Positions 9,559 through 18,346 of a stretch of 64,000 nucleotides of DNA are shown here, piece by piece. A program made the position numbers and the translations under genes. Every line of letters begins with the position of its first letter. The first letter of the stretch is position 1. The notes beneath the pieces were generated by a model. The model was not told the DNA's origin, did not search any database, and was given only the letters and a program-made list of their open reading frames with translations. Source of the stretch: a virus (lineage: Duplodnaviria > Caudoviricetes); the IMG/VR virus record IMGVR_UViG_3300028914_000061, positions 84,073-148,072 of that record; one strand, 5' to 3'.

Positions 9559-9912
9559 ATGAATTACATTACCAATTCAAAAGAAGTCCCCTTCACGCTC
9601 AATGACTTTTACAATCACACGCATTTTTCCCTTCGTTCAAGCGGAAACGGCTATAAGATTTGCCATGTATTGCTCAACGACTACAATACAGACCAACAAG
9701 GTATTACTACAATGTCAGTAACGATTTGGGAAAGCCTACGCCAACGTGGAAGGCATACTTTAACCATCGAAGAGATTTCAAGCAAAATCAACATGAGGGA
9801 TTTGCTTATGGAAATTTCGGCAAAGTTAGCCCACAATGAATTTGAAGATGGGGATTGCTACATTGAAGTAGATATGCCCACATCAAGCGGAAAAAGAAGT
9901 TTCACATTCTAA
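9559..9912 (+). CDS. Hypothetical protein
   Basis: ATG after promoter 9506. Confidence 0.72.
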   Translation: MNYITNSKEVPFTLNDFYNHTHFSLRSSGNGYKICHVLLNDYNTDQQGITTMSVTIWESLRQRGRHTLTIEEISSKINMRDLLMEISAKLAHNEFEDGDCYIEVDMPTSSGKRSFTF

Positions 9913-9964
9913 CATTTTGGCACGATTCTTGTACTAATAGACATAACCATTAAAAATTAAAATT

Positions 9965-10273
9965 ATGGAAAAAGCAAAAATCCAAGAAATCAAAGACAAG
10001 TTAGGTAAGTTTATCAAAGTTGAGCCTATCCTTTCACCCCGAAGTGGTGAAGCAGTCCGTAATCAGTACGAAGTTCGTTTTGAAAACGGCAACCTTTTTC
10101 AGTCATTCGATACCTTGATTGGTATTCGGACAGGCGGCAAACTCTATCTTACGAGAAGCCATGAATACTCAACCACCACATCAAAGTATTGCCGTGAATG
10201 GTGCGGTTATAGTGGGGAAGAGCGTAGAAAAGGGCTTGAAAGCGGAAAATTCGTTTACCTCGTAGAAGATTAG
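9965..10273 (+). CDS. Hypothetical phage protein
   Basis: Own promoter. Confidence 0.75.
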   Translation: MEKAKIQEIKDKLGKFIKVEPILSPRSGEAVRNQYEVRFENGNLFQSFDTLIGIRTGGKLYLTRSHEYSTTTSKYCREWCGYSGEERRKGLESGKFVYLVED

Positions 10274-10306
10274 CCCACTTTGGCACGATATTTGTAAGTA
10301 ATAAAT

Positions 10307-10710
10307 CGAAGTCTAACATCTAAATCGCTAAATAGTATGAGACCGAGAGACAAGCCCAAAGCAAACTAAAACCAAGTAATAATCCGGAATTTGTAATTAT
10401 ATAAGAGCATCTTTGAATATGAAAAGCATTAGAGGTCAGCCGTAAATCGGTAATATATATTTGATATTTTTGATAATTTAATAGTGATAGAAACCCCAAT
10501 AAAAGAGAGCGGTTTATAGGGTAAAGTTCGGGATACGTTACAAAGCCGCAATAGAAACAAAAAGTCCATGACCTTGGCAAGAGCATCGCCCAAATAGAAA
10601 TTATAATATATCTAATAGGAAAGACCCTTCGCAGTGGCAAGGCAAAATCCCTTCGCAGTCGCACGGCAAAATTACTATTAGATGGCAATCGGACATAAGA
10701 CCGATATATT
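10307..10710 (+). ncRNA. Candidate ~400-nt ncRNA upstream of tRNA-Lys
   Basis: Own promoter (10281); no + strand ORF of 60 aa or more; stem ATCTAATAG/CTATTAGAT encloses a 24-nt tandem repeat. Confidence 0.5.
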
Positions 10711-10712
10711 TT

Positions 10713-10785
10713 GCGTCCGTAACTCAGTCGGTAGAGTACCACACTTTTAATGTGGGAGTCGTGGGTTCGAGTCCCACCGAGCGCA
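10713..10785 (+). tRNA. tRNA-Lys(UUU)
   Basis: Cloverleaf; anticodon arm CCACA-CTTTTAA-TGTGG; T arm GTGGG-TTCGAGT-CCCAC. Confidence 0.93.
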
Positions 10786-10805
10786 CACACTTAAAAACTC
10801 AAACT

Positions 10806-11072
10806 ATGGAAAAGAAATACGTCATTATCAAAAATTGCAATTATGATTTCAACATCGAAATCAAAACTATTGCAGTAACTGACAGCATGGACAAGGCAAA
10901 GGAAGTCCTGCAAGAAGAAATCGTAAAAGAAAAAGAAGAACAAAAGGTAGGTAGCCTCAACTACGACACCGAGGAAGTCACGGAAACGAGTTATGCCGCC
11001 TACAATGAAGGCTACGAAGCAACCGATGGGGTACGAATCTTCATCAGCGAAGCCGAATACAAAAATTCATAG
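10806..11072 (+). CDS. Hypothetical protein
   Basis: ATG after tRNA-Lys. Confidence 0.7.
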   Translation: MEKKYVIIKNCNYDFNIEIKTIAVTDSMDKAKEVLQEEIVKEKEEQKVGSLNYDTEEVTETSYAAYNEGYEATDGVRIFISEAEYKNS

Positions 11073-11095
11073 ATGTTTAATTTTTAATTGGTGCG

Positions 11096-11131
11096 AAAGT
11101 GTGTCTTACTGAAAAGTTTGGCACACTTTTT
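11096..11131 (+). terminator. Terminator-like hairpin whose 3' arm is the promoter element
   Basis: AAAGTGTGTC...GGCACACTTTTT. Confidence 0.55.
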
Positions 11132-11167
11132 GTTATATATTGTAGTGAACATTAAATTAAAATTGAA

Positions 11168-11698
11168 ATGATTGTTATTCACATTGATTCGATGGAAGAT
11201 ACAGCAAGACTGAAGGCTGTTTATGAAGGGATTGATTGTACTTTATTGTATAATCCTACAAGGGATGATGTTGTGCATGAATTAGCCAAAAATGACGATG
11301 ATACAATTCTTTTGTTGGGTCATGGTAGCCGTAGCGGATTGTTCAGTAAGGATTGGCGAGGTTATGTATTTGATTGGAGAATTGCAAAGGAATACTGCAA
11401 AGATAGAAAGATAATTGGAATTTGGTGTTATGCCTCCGAGTTTGGCGACAGCATGGGCTTACATGGATTCTTTACCTCAATGTTCATTTCCAATCTTGGG
11501 GAAGCATTGAGTTTAGGTTTTCCTAAAAACACTAATGAGGATATTTTGGATGAAGTTACGTTTTTCTGCAATATGATTAACAAGTTCATCAAAGAAAATA
11601 CTCCTATGGAAAATTGGGTTTCCATCTTGCAGGAAGTCTGCCATAAAGAAAAAGATTTTGTTAGATTTAATTACGAAGCCTTGTCATACTTTGAATAG
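11168..11698 (+). CDS. Putative caspase/gingipain-fold (clan CD) peptidase-like protein
   Basis: Hydrophobic strand + GHG, then IGIWC: His-Gly...Cys dyad pattern (inference). Confidence 0.5.
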   Translation: MIVIHIDSMEDTARLKAVYEGIDCTLLYNPTRDDVVHELAKNDDDTILLLGHGSRSGLFSKDWRGYVFDWRIAKEYCKDRKIIGIWCYASEFGDSMGLHGFFTSMFISNLGEALSLGFPKNTNEDILDEVTFFCNMINKFIKENTPMENWVSILQEVCHKEKDFVRFNYEALSYFE

Positions 11699-11752
11699 TT
11701 TGGCATGGTTTTTGTGTATATTGTAGTCGCTAACCAATTAAAATTATAATCC

Positions 11753-12010
11753 ATGAAAACAAAAGAAGAAATCATTGCCATTATCAAGGCTGAAGGTGAA
11801 GCAGGTGTTGAAGCCGATGAAAAGTATGTTGATATTTACGATGAAGTAATTGATGATGGGCTTGAACTTGCTCAACTCGTTTACTTTGAGGAATCCAACG
11901 AATTGCTTGCCTATTTGCTTGACGAAGAAAACAATGGGTATTGGAAAGAGTTTGACAACCTCACAAAAGAAAATCAAGAAAAGATTAAAAACCTTTCCAT
12001 TTGGGAATAA
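11753..12010 (+). CDS. Very acidic small protein
   Basis: Own promoter. Confidence 0.72.
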   Translation: MKTKEEIIAIIKAEGEAGVEADEKYVDIYDEVIDDGLELAQLVYFEESNELLAYLLDEENNGYWKEFDNLTKENQEKIKNLSIWE

Positions 12011-12062
12011 TTTGGCACACTTTTTGCTATAATAATAGTATAACCAATTAAAATTAAATACT

Positions 12063-12395
12063 ATGGCAAAAGTCAATATGGGTTGGTGTAAAACCGAAAT
12101 CAAAGGTGTAAAATGCACTGAAATTGATTGGTGCGTTGAAATCGAAGATGTCTATGACACTGACGATATGACGGGTGAAGAAATTGATGCAGCAATCGAA
12201 GAGATTGAAGCAAACCTCCCGACTGAAAAATACTATCCATTACCCCAAGCAACAAATGATTTGGAAGTTGTCAAAGAGTTTGTCAATGGACTTGCTGACA
12301 AATTGTCCGATGATTATGGTTGGCTTATCAATGCTTTCAATTACAAGTTAATTGGCGTTGATGACAAAGAATATGAATTTTGGCATAGAAATTGA
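12063..12395 (+). CDS. Acidic hypothetical protein
   Basis: Own promoter. Confidence 0.75.
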   Translation: MAKVNMGWCKTEIKGVKCTEIDWCVEIEDVYDTDDMTGEEIDAAIEEIEANLPTEKYYPLPQATNDLEVVKEFVNGLADKLSDDYGWLINAFNYKLIGVDDKEYEFWHRN

Positions 12396-12403
12396 TTAAA
12401 ATT

Positions 12404-12571
12404 ATGGAAACTATTATCTATAAAGGGAATCAAATCCGCAAATGGTCTGACGGAACTTTCAGTGCTTACATTGCCTTTAACAATTATGAAGATATTGAAG
12501 AGGTAAATTGCCCAACTTTGGAAAAAGCACAAGAAGTAATTGATAAGCACATGGAAGGGCAGGGAGAATGA
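12404..12571 (+). CDS. Hypothetical protein
   Basis: 55-aa ORF. Confidence 0.6.
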   Translation: METIIYKGNQIRKWSDGTFSAYIAFNNYEDIEEVNCPTLEKAQEVIDKHMEGQGE

Positions 12572-12750
12572 GACAATATTCAATAGAATGGCTTAACGAT
12601 TTATCAGTCGTTGATAGAGAAATAAGAGAATTTGAGTGTTTGGCTCTTTGCATGGACTACGCAAGATTGCAATGCTCATCCAAGAAAGCCGAAAAAGCAT
12701 ACATCTACCAAAGCGATGACCCGCAAGATAAAATTTTAGTTGAGCAGTGA
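12568..12750 (+). CDS. Hypothetical protein
   Basis: ATGA overlap. Confidence 0.6.
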   Translation: MRQYSIEWLNDLSVVDREIREFECLALCMDYARLQCSSKKAEKAYIYQSDDPQDKILVEQ

Positions 12751-12919
12751 AAAAGAAAAAGAAATACGATAGTGTAAAGGTTGCTTGCCAACTTGACCGA
12801 GAAAGAGAAATCAAGGCTCATGGGAAAATTATAAGCCTCCGACCTTCAAGAGTACATAAGTCAAAAAAACTCTACAATCGTAAAAGAAACAAAATTTCAA
12901 TTAAAAATTACGAATAATA

Positions 12920-12933
12920 TACGCAAATGCGTA
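12920..12933. promoter_or_regulatory. Palindrome TACGCAAATGCGTA
   Basis: 4 nt before the promoter at 12938. Confidence 0.7.
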
Positions 12934-12992
12934 CCTTTGGCACGATTATTGCTGTAAATAGAAACGTCTAACCAATTAAAAAAACACACATT

Positions 12993-14066
12993 ATGATTAT
13001 CTACACATTAACCGAGACCTTGACCCAAGAATCATTTTCACCAAAGCAGGTGTTTACCTTTGTGTCCCACGAACAAGCGCACAAACAAATGATTCAACAA
13101 ATATACGATTATTTGAAGAAGTGTGGCGATGAGATTCCAATGGAAGAATTGGATGCACCCAACGGCTACGAAGATGGAAGCCTTTGCATCGGCTACGACT
13201 ACGCAAGGGATGATGCAGGTGTGTCTCTTTGGGAAATCTTCAAAACCGAAGTTTCCATGCGTGAAGTCATTATTGGTAACATCATGGGCTATATCCGTGA
13301 AACCTACAAGACCCCCGAAAGGTTTAACGATGTTCTTTATAATCTTATCAATGAATATAAGGATAGCGACCTTAACGCCATTGCAAGCGAAGGCGACTTT
13401 GTTCAAGAACACGTCATTGGCGAGGCTTTGTATCAAAACGCCCTTGCTCAACTTGGCGGCAAAACTGACGAAGTTTCCTATGGCAAAATCTTGGAATATC
13501 TCAATGAAAGTGAACAATTCATTGATGTTCGCTGCACCTTGTTCAACTATTGGGATTTGCCCGTTGAAGAGGAAAAGTTGGAGAAGTGGCAAAGATGGTT
13601 TATCGGTATGCTGACTATCTGCGATGGCAATTCTACCATGATTAACCTTGTTAGGGAGGATATTGACGATAGACAGCCCGAAGGCGAAAAAATCTTTGTT
13701 ATCGAAAGAAAGCACTCTATTGTTGCTGAACACAAAAACGAACTGCCACAAAATCATCGTGACCTTTGTTCCAAGTTGAGCGATGACCAATACTTTGAAA
13801 TCATGGCCAACATTCTCACCTACAAATTCAAGTTTGGAAGTGCCGCAACGTTCCATGACCAAATGGTACACATTTACGATGAAATGAAGTACGTTGTCTT
13901 TAAGGTTATCAAAAACTATGGCGTTGATGCTATCTACCAAAACTATGGAAACATTGACATTGAGGATGACAAAGAAAATGGTTGGAACATCGTCTTTGTA
14001 GGTGAACCTTGCGACATTGCCCACATGATTGATGAACTTAAAAATCAATACGACAATCTTTTCTAA
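12993..14066 (+). CDS. Hypothetical multidomain acidic protein
   Basis: 357 aa; own promoter and palindrome. Confidence 0.82.
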   Translation: MIIYTLTETLTQESFSPKQVFTFVSHEQAHKQMIQQIYDYLKKCGDEIPMEELDAPNGYEDGSLCIGYDYARDDAGVSLWEIFKTEVSMREVIIGNIMGYIRETYKTPERFNDVLYNLINEYKDSDLNAIASEGDFVQEHVIGEALYQNALAQLGGKTDEVSYGKILEYLNESEQFIDVRCTLFNYWDLPVEEEKLEKWQRWFIGMLTICDGNSTMINLVREDIDDRQPEGEKIFVIERKHSIVAEHKNELPQNHRDLCSKLSDDQYFEIMANILTYKFKFGSAATFHDQMVHIYDEMKYVVFKVIKNYGVDAIYQNYGNIDIEDDKENGWNIVFVGEPCDIAHMIDELKNQYDNLF

Positions 14067-14086
14067 TCTTTCATATTGTGTGTAAA

Positions 14087-14122
14087 AAAATCCGTGCCTT
14101 TGGCAACTTTGGCACGGATTTT
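14087..14122 (+). terminator. Terminator-like hairpin whose 3' arm is the promoter element
   Basis: AAAATCCGTGCC...GGCACGGATTTT. Confidence 0.55.
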
Positions 14123-14162
14123 GTACTATTATTAAGCAAATAACCAATTAAAATTATAAACC

Positions 14163-14657
14163 ATGAGTAAGTTTTCAAGCGAAAAAGAAATTGATTTTCT
14201 CTCTCTCATTATTGATGTTGCCAACTATGCAACGCCCATTTTCAATGATTTGCAAGACAAAATCATCACCAAGAATGAAGTCACTGAAAAGTATGCCTTT
14301 GAATGGGCTAAAATCTTCAAAGAGAAGTTTGAACATGAGACAGCCGTGCAGTTTTCGGCTCGTTACCATGAACATCTTAAAACCTTTGTAGAAGCAAGGG
14401 TTAAAGAGGTTATCAAAGAAGAGACAAAGCAAACCGAAAAGGTTGCCAAACTTGTCACCTTTGAACTGACTACAAGGGTCGTAATCAACAAAAACGCCAT
14501 GCCCGAATGTGAAGAAGAGGATGCCATTAATGCAGCCCTCAACAAATTTAGGGCTAACAACAACGTGGATATGTGGCTGTGCTTCGATAATTGCACCGAA
14601 GTAGTCAATGACAAAGAATGTCCATTTGGAACTTTTGCCGATGATAGTTTGGCATGA
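14163..14657 (+). CDS. Hypothetical protein
   Basis: Own promoter; stop inside the next promoter. Confidence 0.78.
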   Translation: MSKFSSEKEIDFLSLIIDVANYATPIFNDLQDKIITKNEVTEKYAFEWAKIFKEKFEHETAVQFSARYHEHLKTFVEARVKEVIKEETKQTEKVAKLVTFELTTRVVINKNAMPECEEEDAINAALNKFRANNNVDMWLCFDNCTEVVNDKECPFGTFADDSLA

Positions 14658-14702
14658 TATTTGTAAGTAATAATAACGTATAACCAATAAAAAACACACA
14701 TT

Positions 14703-15572
14703 ATGATTTTAGTTACTTATCCTATCAGCACACAAGAAAATCAAATTATCGAACACCCCGACAAGTCGTTTAGAATGTTCGACACTACCGAAAAAGAAGA
14801 TTCAAAGAAAGTATTTATGATGCTTCTTGCTCAATTCGGCAACGATTTAAGCATCTACAATATGTCAAGCCGTTCACAATCAACGTTCTTTGAAAACGTT
14901 GGAAATCTCTTTGACTATATCAACAACGAAGATGTTTCGTTTGAAAACTCATGGTGCGTTTTGCTCAACCTTGAAGAAGATGAAACTCGTGCCATGATGA
15001 ACAAGTACAAGCGAGACTTTATCATTGTTGAAGATGGTAAGCCTATTTGCTTCGATGACAAAGAGATTGTTGTCTATGGCGATATTGAGTGCGCCTATGC
15101 AGAAAAACATGGCGGAAGTATCTATTGCTTGCTGAGCATTGAAGACCCCGACAACAAAGAATTATACGATGTTCATGTTCTTTCTTTCGACAACAGCATT
15201 GTAGAAGTCCACGATTACAAAGCCCCAAAAATTGACAAGGATTGGTTTAGTGTCTCTTTCAATGACCTTTCACAATTCTTTGCAGAGGCTGAAAAAAGCG
15301 GCTATGACCAAGTTGTCTATGTGACAAATTGTCAGTATGTGAACTGCAAGTACGTTGACCATGATTCCGCTCCTGCCATTGCAGCCTTCGACAGCAAGGA
15401 AAAAGCAAAGCAAGACCTCAAAGACACACTTGAATATGTCAAAGAAGAGTTTTTGCAATACTACGAAGAGAAAGAACTTGTCATTGTCGAAAAAGACAAT
15501 TACGTTGAAATCCATGATATTGACCACATGGATTGGTGGTGGGGTAAACTCTACGAAACGGAACTGAAATAA
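14703..15572 (+). CDS. Hypothetical multidomain acidic protein
   Basis: 289 aa; own promoter. Confidence 0.82.
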   Translation: MILVTYPISTQENQIIEHPDKSFRMFDTTEKEDSKKVFMMLLAQFGNDLSIYNMSSRSQSTFFENVGNLFDYINNEDVSFENSWCVLLNLEEDETRAMMNKYKRDFIIVEDGKPICFDDKEIVVYGDIECAYAEKHGGSIYCLLSIEDPDNKELYDVHVLSFDNSIVEVHDYKAPKIDKDWFSVSFNDLSQFFAEAEKSGYDQVVYVTNCQYVNCKYVDHDSAPAIAAFDSKEKAKQDLKDTLEYVKEEFLQYYEEKELVIVEKDNYVEIHDIDHMDWWWGKLYETELK

Positions 15573-15599
15573 CCTCCTTTCTTAATACACATTTTTTTG

Positions 15600-15637
15600 A
15601 AAAGCAGTGCATTTTTTTGTACTGCTTTTCTCTTTTT
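15600..15637 (+). terminator. Intrinsic terminator
   Basis: AAAAGCAGTGCA...TGTACTGCTTTT. Confidence 0.7.
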
Positions 15638-15686
15638 GGCACGGTTTTTGTGGTATATTGCAGTGAACATTAAACAAACACACACT

Positions 15687-16136
15687 ATGGAAAATTACAT
15701 TTCAAGAGACAAATTCAAAGAATTGATTGGTTGGAATTGTGCCAATGAGCCTTATGGTTGGCAAGCCCTTAAACTTGCAAATGGTTTGAATGGCGCAAGG
15801 TTAAGTGGAGCAAAGATTTTCGACAATCACTATTCAGTATATTATAAGTACGATGTTAGAAGTGGCAAATACTATTTTCCTATTGTTTTCAAAATGGGTG
15901 TTCGTGGATTTGTGGCACACAATATTGAAGAACTTGAACATTTCCTTAACGAGATTAAACAATGCCATTTCAGCGTAATGGATAGAATTGTTGAGGAAAG
16001 GATTGAAAAAATGGTAGGTTGTGATATAGTAGAAATAAGAAAGCACGAAATTTCCCATGAAGATAGAATCCCTTACGATGAATCTTACGATTGGTACAAA
16101 GAACAATTTAACGGATATTGGTATGTAGAGTGCTAA
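15687..16136 (+). CDS. Hypothetical protein
   Basis: ATG after promoter 15637. Confidence 0.75.
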   Translation: MENYISRDKFKELIGWNCANEPYGWQALKLANGLNGARLSGAKIFDNHYSVYYKYDVRSGKYYFPIVFKMGVRGFVAHNIEELEHFLNEIKQCHFSVMDRIVEERIEKMVGCDIVEIRKHEISHEDRIPYDESYDWYKEQFNGYWYVEC

Positions 16137-16191
16137 TTTTGGCATGATATTTGTAAGGAAATAAGTATAACCAATTAAAATTATAAGAACT

Positions 16192-16521
16192 ATGATTAAA
16201 GAAGTTGGAAACATCGAACTTGAAAACGGATTTCTCTTCAAGTTTTGGAGTGACAAATTAGGCAAGTCCTTTTATGTAGTCCAATTCAATGATTGGGGCT
16301 ATATCAATATCTTTGACGAATCAAAAGAAAAGGTTGCAGTCAATAGCCTTCTTGACCGAGATATTTCTTGCCAAGATAGGGATGATACCCTTCCCATGAA
16401 TCTTTTGTCCGAAGATGAGGAATTTTATTTCAAAGAGTATTGCAATGTATTGGAAGAACAAAATTTCCAATATGAATATGCAGCAAAATTATTTTTCATG
16501 GAATTTCCTATTCCGTGGTAA
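16192..16521 (+). CDS. Hypothetical protein
   Basis: Own promoter. Confidence 0.75.
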   Translation: MIKEVGNIELENGFLFKFWSDKLGKSFYVVQFNDWGYINIFDESKEKVAVNSLLDRDISCQDRDDTLPMNLLSEDEEFYFKEYCNVLEEQNFQYEYAAKLFFMEFPIPW

Positions 16522-16576
16522 TTTGGCATAGTTTTTGATTATAATTAAAGTGTCTAACCAATTAAAATTAAATAAT

Positions 16577-17098
16577 ATGTATTACAAGAGAATTAACAAG
16601 TCCGAAAACGAAGGTATTGCTCAACTTGAAAAATCCTATGAGGGATTGAAAACGAGAGTTGGCGTTATCGTCAGCAATGATGAAGAAGGCGAATTTCTTC
16701 TTGTGCCTACTGAAATGTTAGGCGACTACGTTGTTACCTGTGTTTCAAAGACCGATGTACGTTCAAAGGGCTTTGATACTGCCAAAGTAACCGATGAGCA
16801 AATGAGAGAACTTGCCGAACAAATTGAATCCGATTTGGTGGAATACGGCAACTATTGGGACACCATCTGCGACACTGCCGAAGATTGGGGACTGCCGAGA
16901 ATCCATATTGTTGTCGAATCCGACTATGGCGAGGCTTGCATTGAGCCTTCAAGCGATGGCGATGGCTATTACGATGTATTCATTGGCGATGATTTTGATG
17001 ATTATGTTGGCACACTGATTTTGGATGATGCTGACCTCCAAGACATGGACAAACTCGTTGAGGAAGTAAATTCACTTTTCAAAGACGAAGCAGAATAA
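16577..17098 (+). CDS. Very acidic hypothetical protein
   Basis: ATG after promoter 16524. Confidence 0.78.
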   Translation: MYYKRINKSENEGIAQLEKSYEGLKTRVGVIVSNDEEGEFLLVPTEMLGDYVVTCVSKTDVRSKGFDTAKVTDEQMRELAEQIESDLVEYGNYWDTICDTAEDWGLPRIHIVVESDYGEACIEPSSDGDGYYDVFIGDDFDDYVGTLILDDADLQDMDKLVEEVNSLFKDEAE

Positions 17099-17126
17099 GG
17101 CTGAAAGCGTTCACTAAATATTTTGG

Positions 17127-17159
17127 AAGCGGTGCTTGAAAAAGTGCCGCTTTTTTTTT
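17127..17159 (+). terminator. Intrinsic terminator
   Basis: AGCGGTGCTT-GAAA-AAGTGCCGCT followed by a T run. Confidence 0.7.
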
Positions 17160-17297
17160 ATAGTTTGGCATGATTTTTGTGCTATATTGTAGTGAACATT
17201 ATGCCCGAAAAAAAATAAAAATTTTAATCCATGAAGTTGAAAAATGGCATGGTTTTTGATATAATAAAGTAAGTCTAACCAATAAAAACATAACACT

Positions 17298-17477
17298 ATG
17301 GAAGAGAAAATGTATTGTCCCGAATGTGGCCATGAGTTTGTTCAAGGCGAATCCAATTACAATTATGAAACCGCAAATACGGACTATGTTTGCCCCGAAT
17401 GTGGTTGGGAAGGAACCCACAATGAAGTCATTGATGGTGATGAAATGGAAGTTGACGAAATCGGAGAACTTGACTAA
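17298..17477 (+). CDS. Zinc-ribbon protein
   Basis: CPECG twice; ATG after promoter 17245. Confidence 0.7.
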   Translation: MEEKMYCPECGHEFVQGESNYNYETANTDYVCPECGWEGTHNEVIDGDEMEVDEIGELD

Positions 17478-17488
17478 AAATTAAAATC

Positions 17489-18037
17489 ATGGCAAAACAA
17501 GAATTTAATAAAAAGGACTTCACTTTAATTCAAAGTGGTGGAAGAGGATATGATGAAGATTATTCCTATGAAAACTACCTTGAATGGTGCAAGGAAAACG
17601 AAATGGAGCCTTCAGAAGAGGATTCAGAAGATTATTGGAGTTGGGTTTACGAAGAGGCTGAACTTGATTACGATAACTTCTTTGATAATCTCCACTATTC
17701 AAAGGCTGAGCATGGATTTTACATGATTACCTTTGACCTTGGCCTTTGGAATGGCCATAGAAAAGGCTACATTGAGCAAGTTTTCACCTCATTGACCGAG
17801 GCTATCAAATTTGCCTTGCGGTCTTCCAATGACTATTTGGATTATAAGATTCAGTTTAAGGATGGCGAAGTCATTGTCTATGGCTATCACCATGACGGAA
17901 CTAACATTATGACCATTAGCCAACTCTCCAAACATGGACAGCGAAACCTTTTGGACAAGGATGAGCCTAACTATGAAAAGTACGTTCAAATGAAGGATAC
18001 CTTCAAAAAGTTAGATTGGCAATTTGCATGGACTTAA
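17489..18037 (+). CDS. Hypothetical protein
   Basis: 182-aa ORF. Confidence 0.78.
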   Translation: MAKQEFNKKDFTLIQSGGRGYDEDYSYENYLEWCKENEMEPSEEDSEDYWSWVYEEAELDYDNFFDNLHYSKAEHGFYMITFDLGLWNGHRKGYIEQVFTSLTEAIKFALRSSNDYLDYKIQFKDGEVIVYGYHHDGTNIMTISQLSKHGQRNLLDKDEPNYEKYVQMKDTFKKLDWQFAWT

Positions 18038-18050
18038 AATTAAAATTACA

Positions 18051-18269
18051 ATGAAAGTACAAGTAACTCTTTGCACCTATAAGACAAACGACAAAGGCGG
18101 GAAAATCTTGGAAACAAGATACAGCCAATGGGACACCATCGAAGTCAATAACATGGCAGAAGCAATGGCCTTTGGTAGAGGCGTTGTTTGTGGCCTACGT
18201 TACAAATGGAAGTCAGCGGCTTGCGCTTTGCGCTTCGAGGATGGCCATGAAGAATATTTTACCGATTAA
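18051..18269 (+). CDS. Hypothetical protein
   Basis: ATG after TTAAAATT leader. Confidence 0.68.
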   Translation: MKVQVTLCTYKTNDKGGKILETRYSQWDTIEVNNMAEAMAFGRGVVCGLRYKWKSAACALRFEDGHEEYFTD

Positions 18270-18271
18270 TA

Positions 18272-18285
18272 TACGCAAATGCGTA
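18272..18285. promoter_or_regulatory. Palindrome TACGCAAATGCGTA
   Basis: 3 nt before the promoter at 18289. Confidence 0.7.
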
Positions 18286-18346
18286 CTTTGGTACGGTTTT
18301 TGATTACTAATTAAATTGAACATTAACAAACACACAAATTAAAATT

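Noticed and set aside
10625-10672. 24-nt tandem repeat as a mini-CRISPR
   Set aside because: The repeats are directly adjacent, with no spacer.
10320-10790. 156-aa minus-strand ORF, and the 20072-20371 ORF
   Set aside because: They overlap tRNA genes and have no leader or promoter support.
13038-14699. Long antisense ORFs 13038-14147 and 14175-14699, and similar shadow ORFs elsewhere
   Set aside because: They mirror + strand genes that have their own promoters and leaders; explained by codon bias.
17008-17022. TGGCAC inside a CDS (also 43017-43031 on minus)
   Set aside because: No correctly spaced TTG; not counted as promoters.
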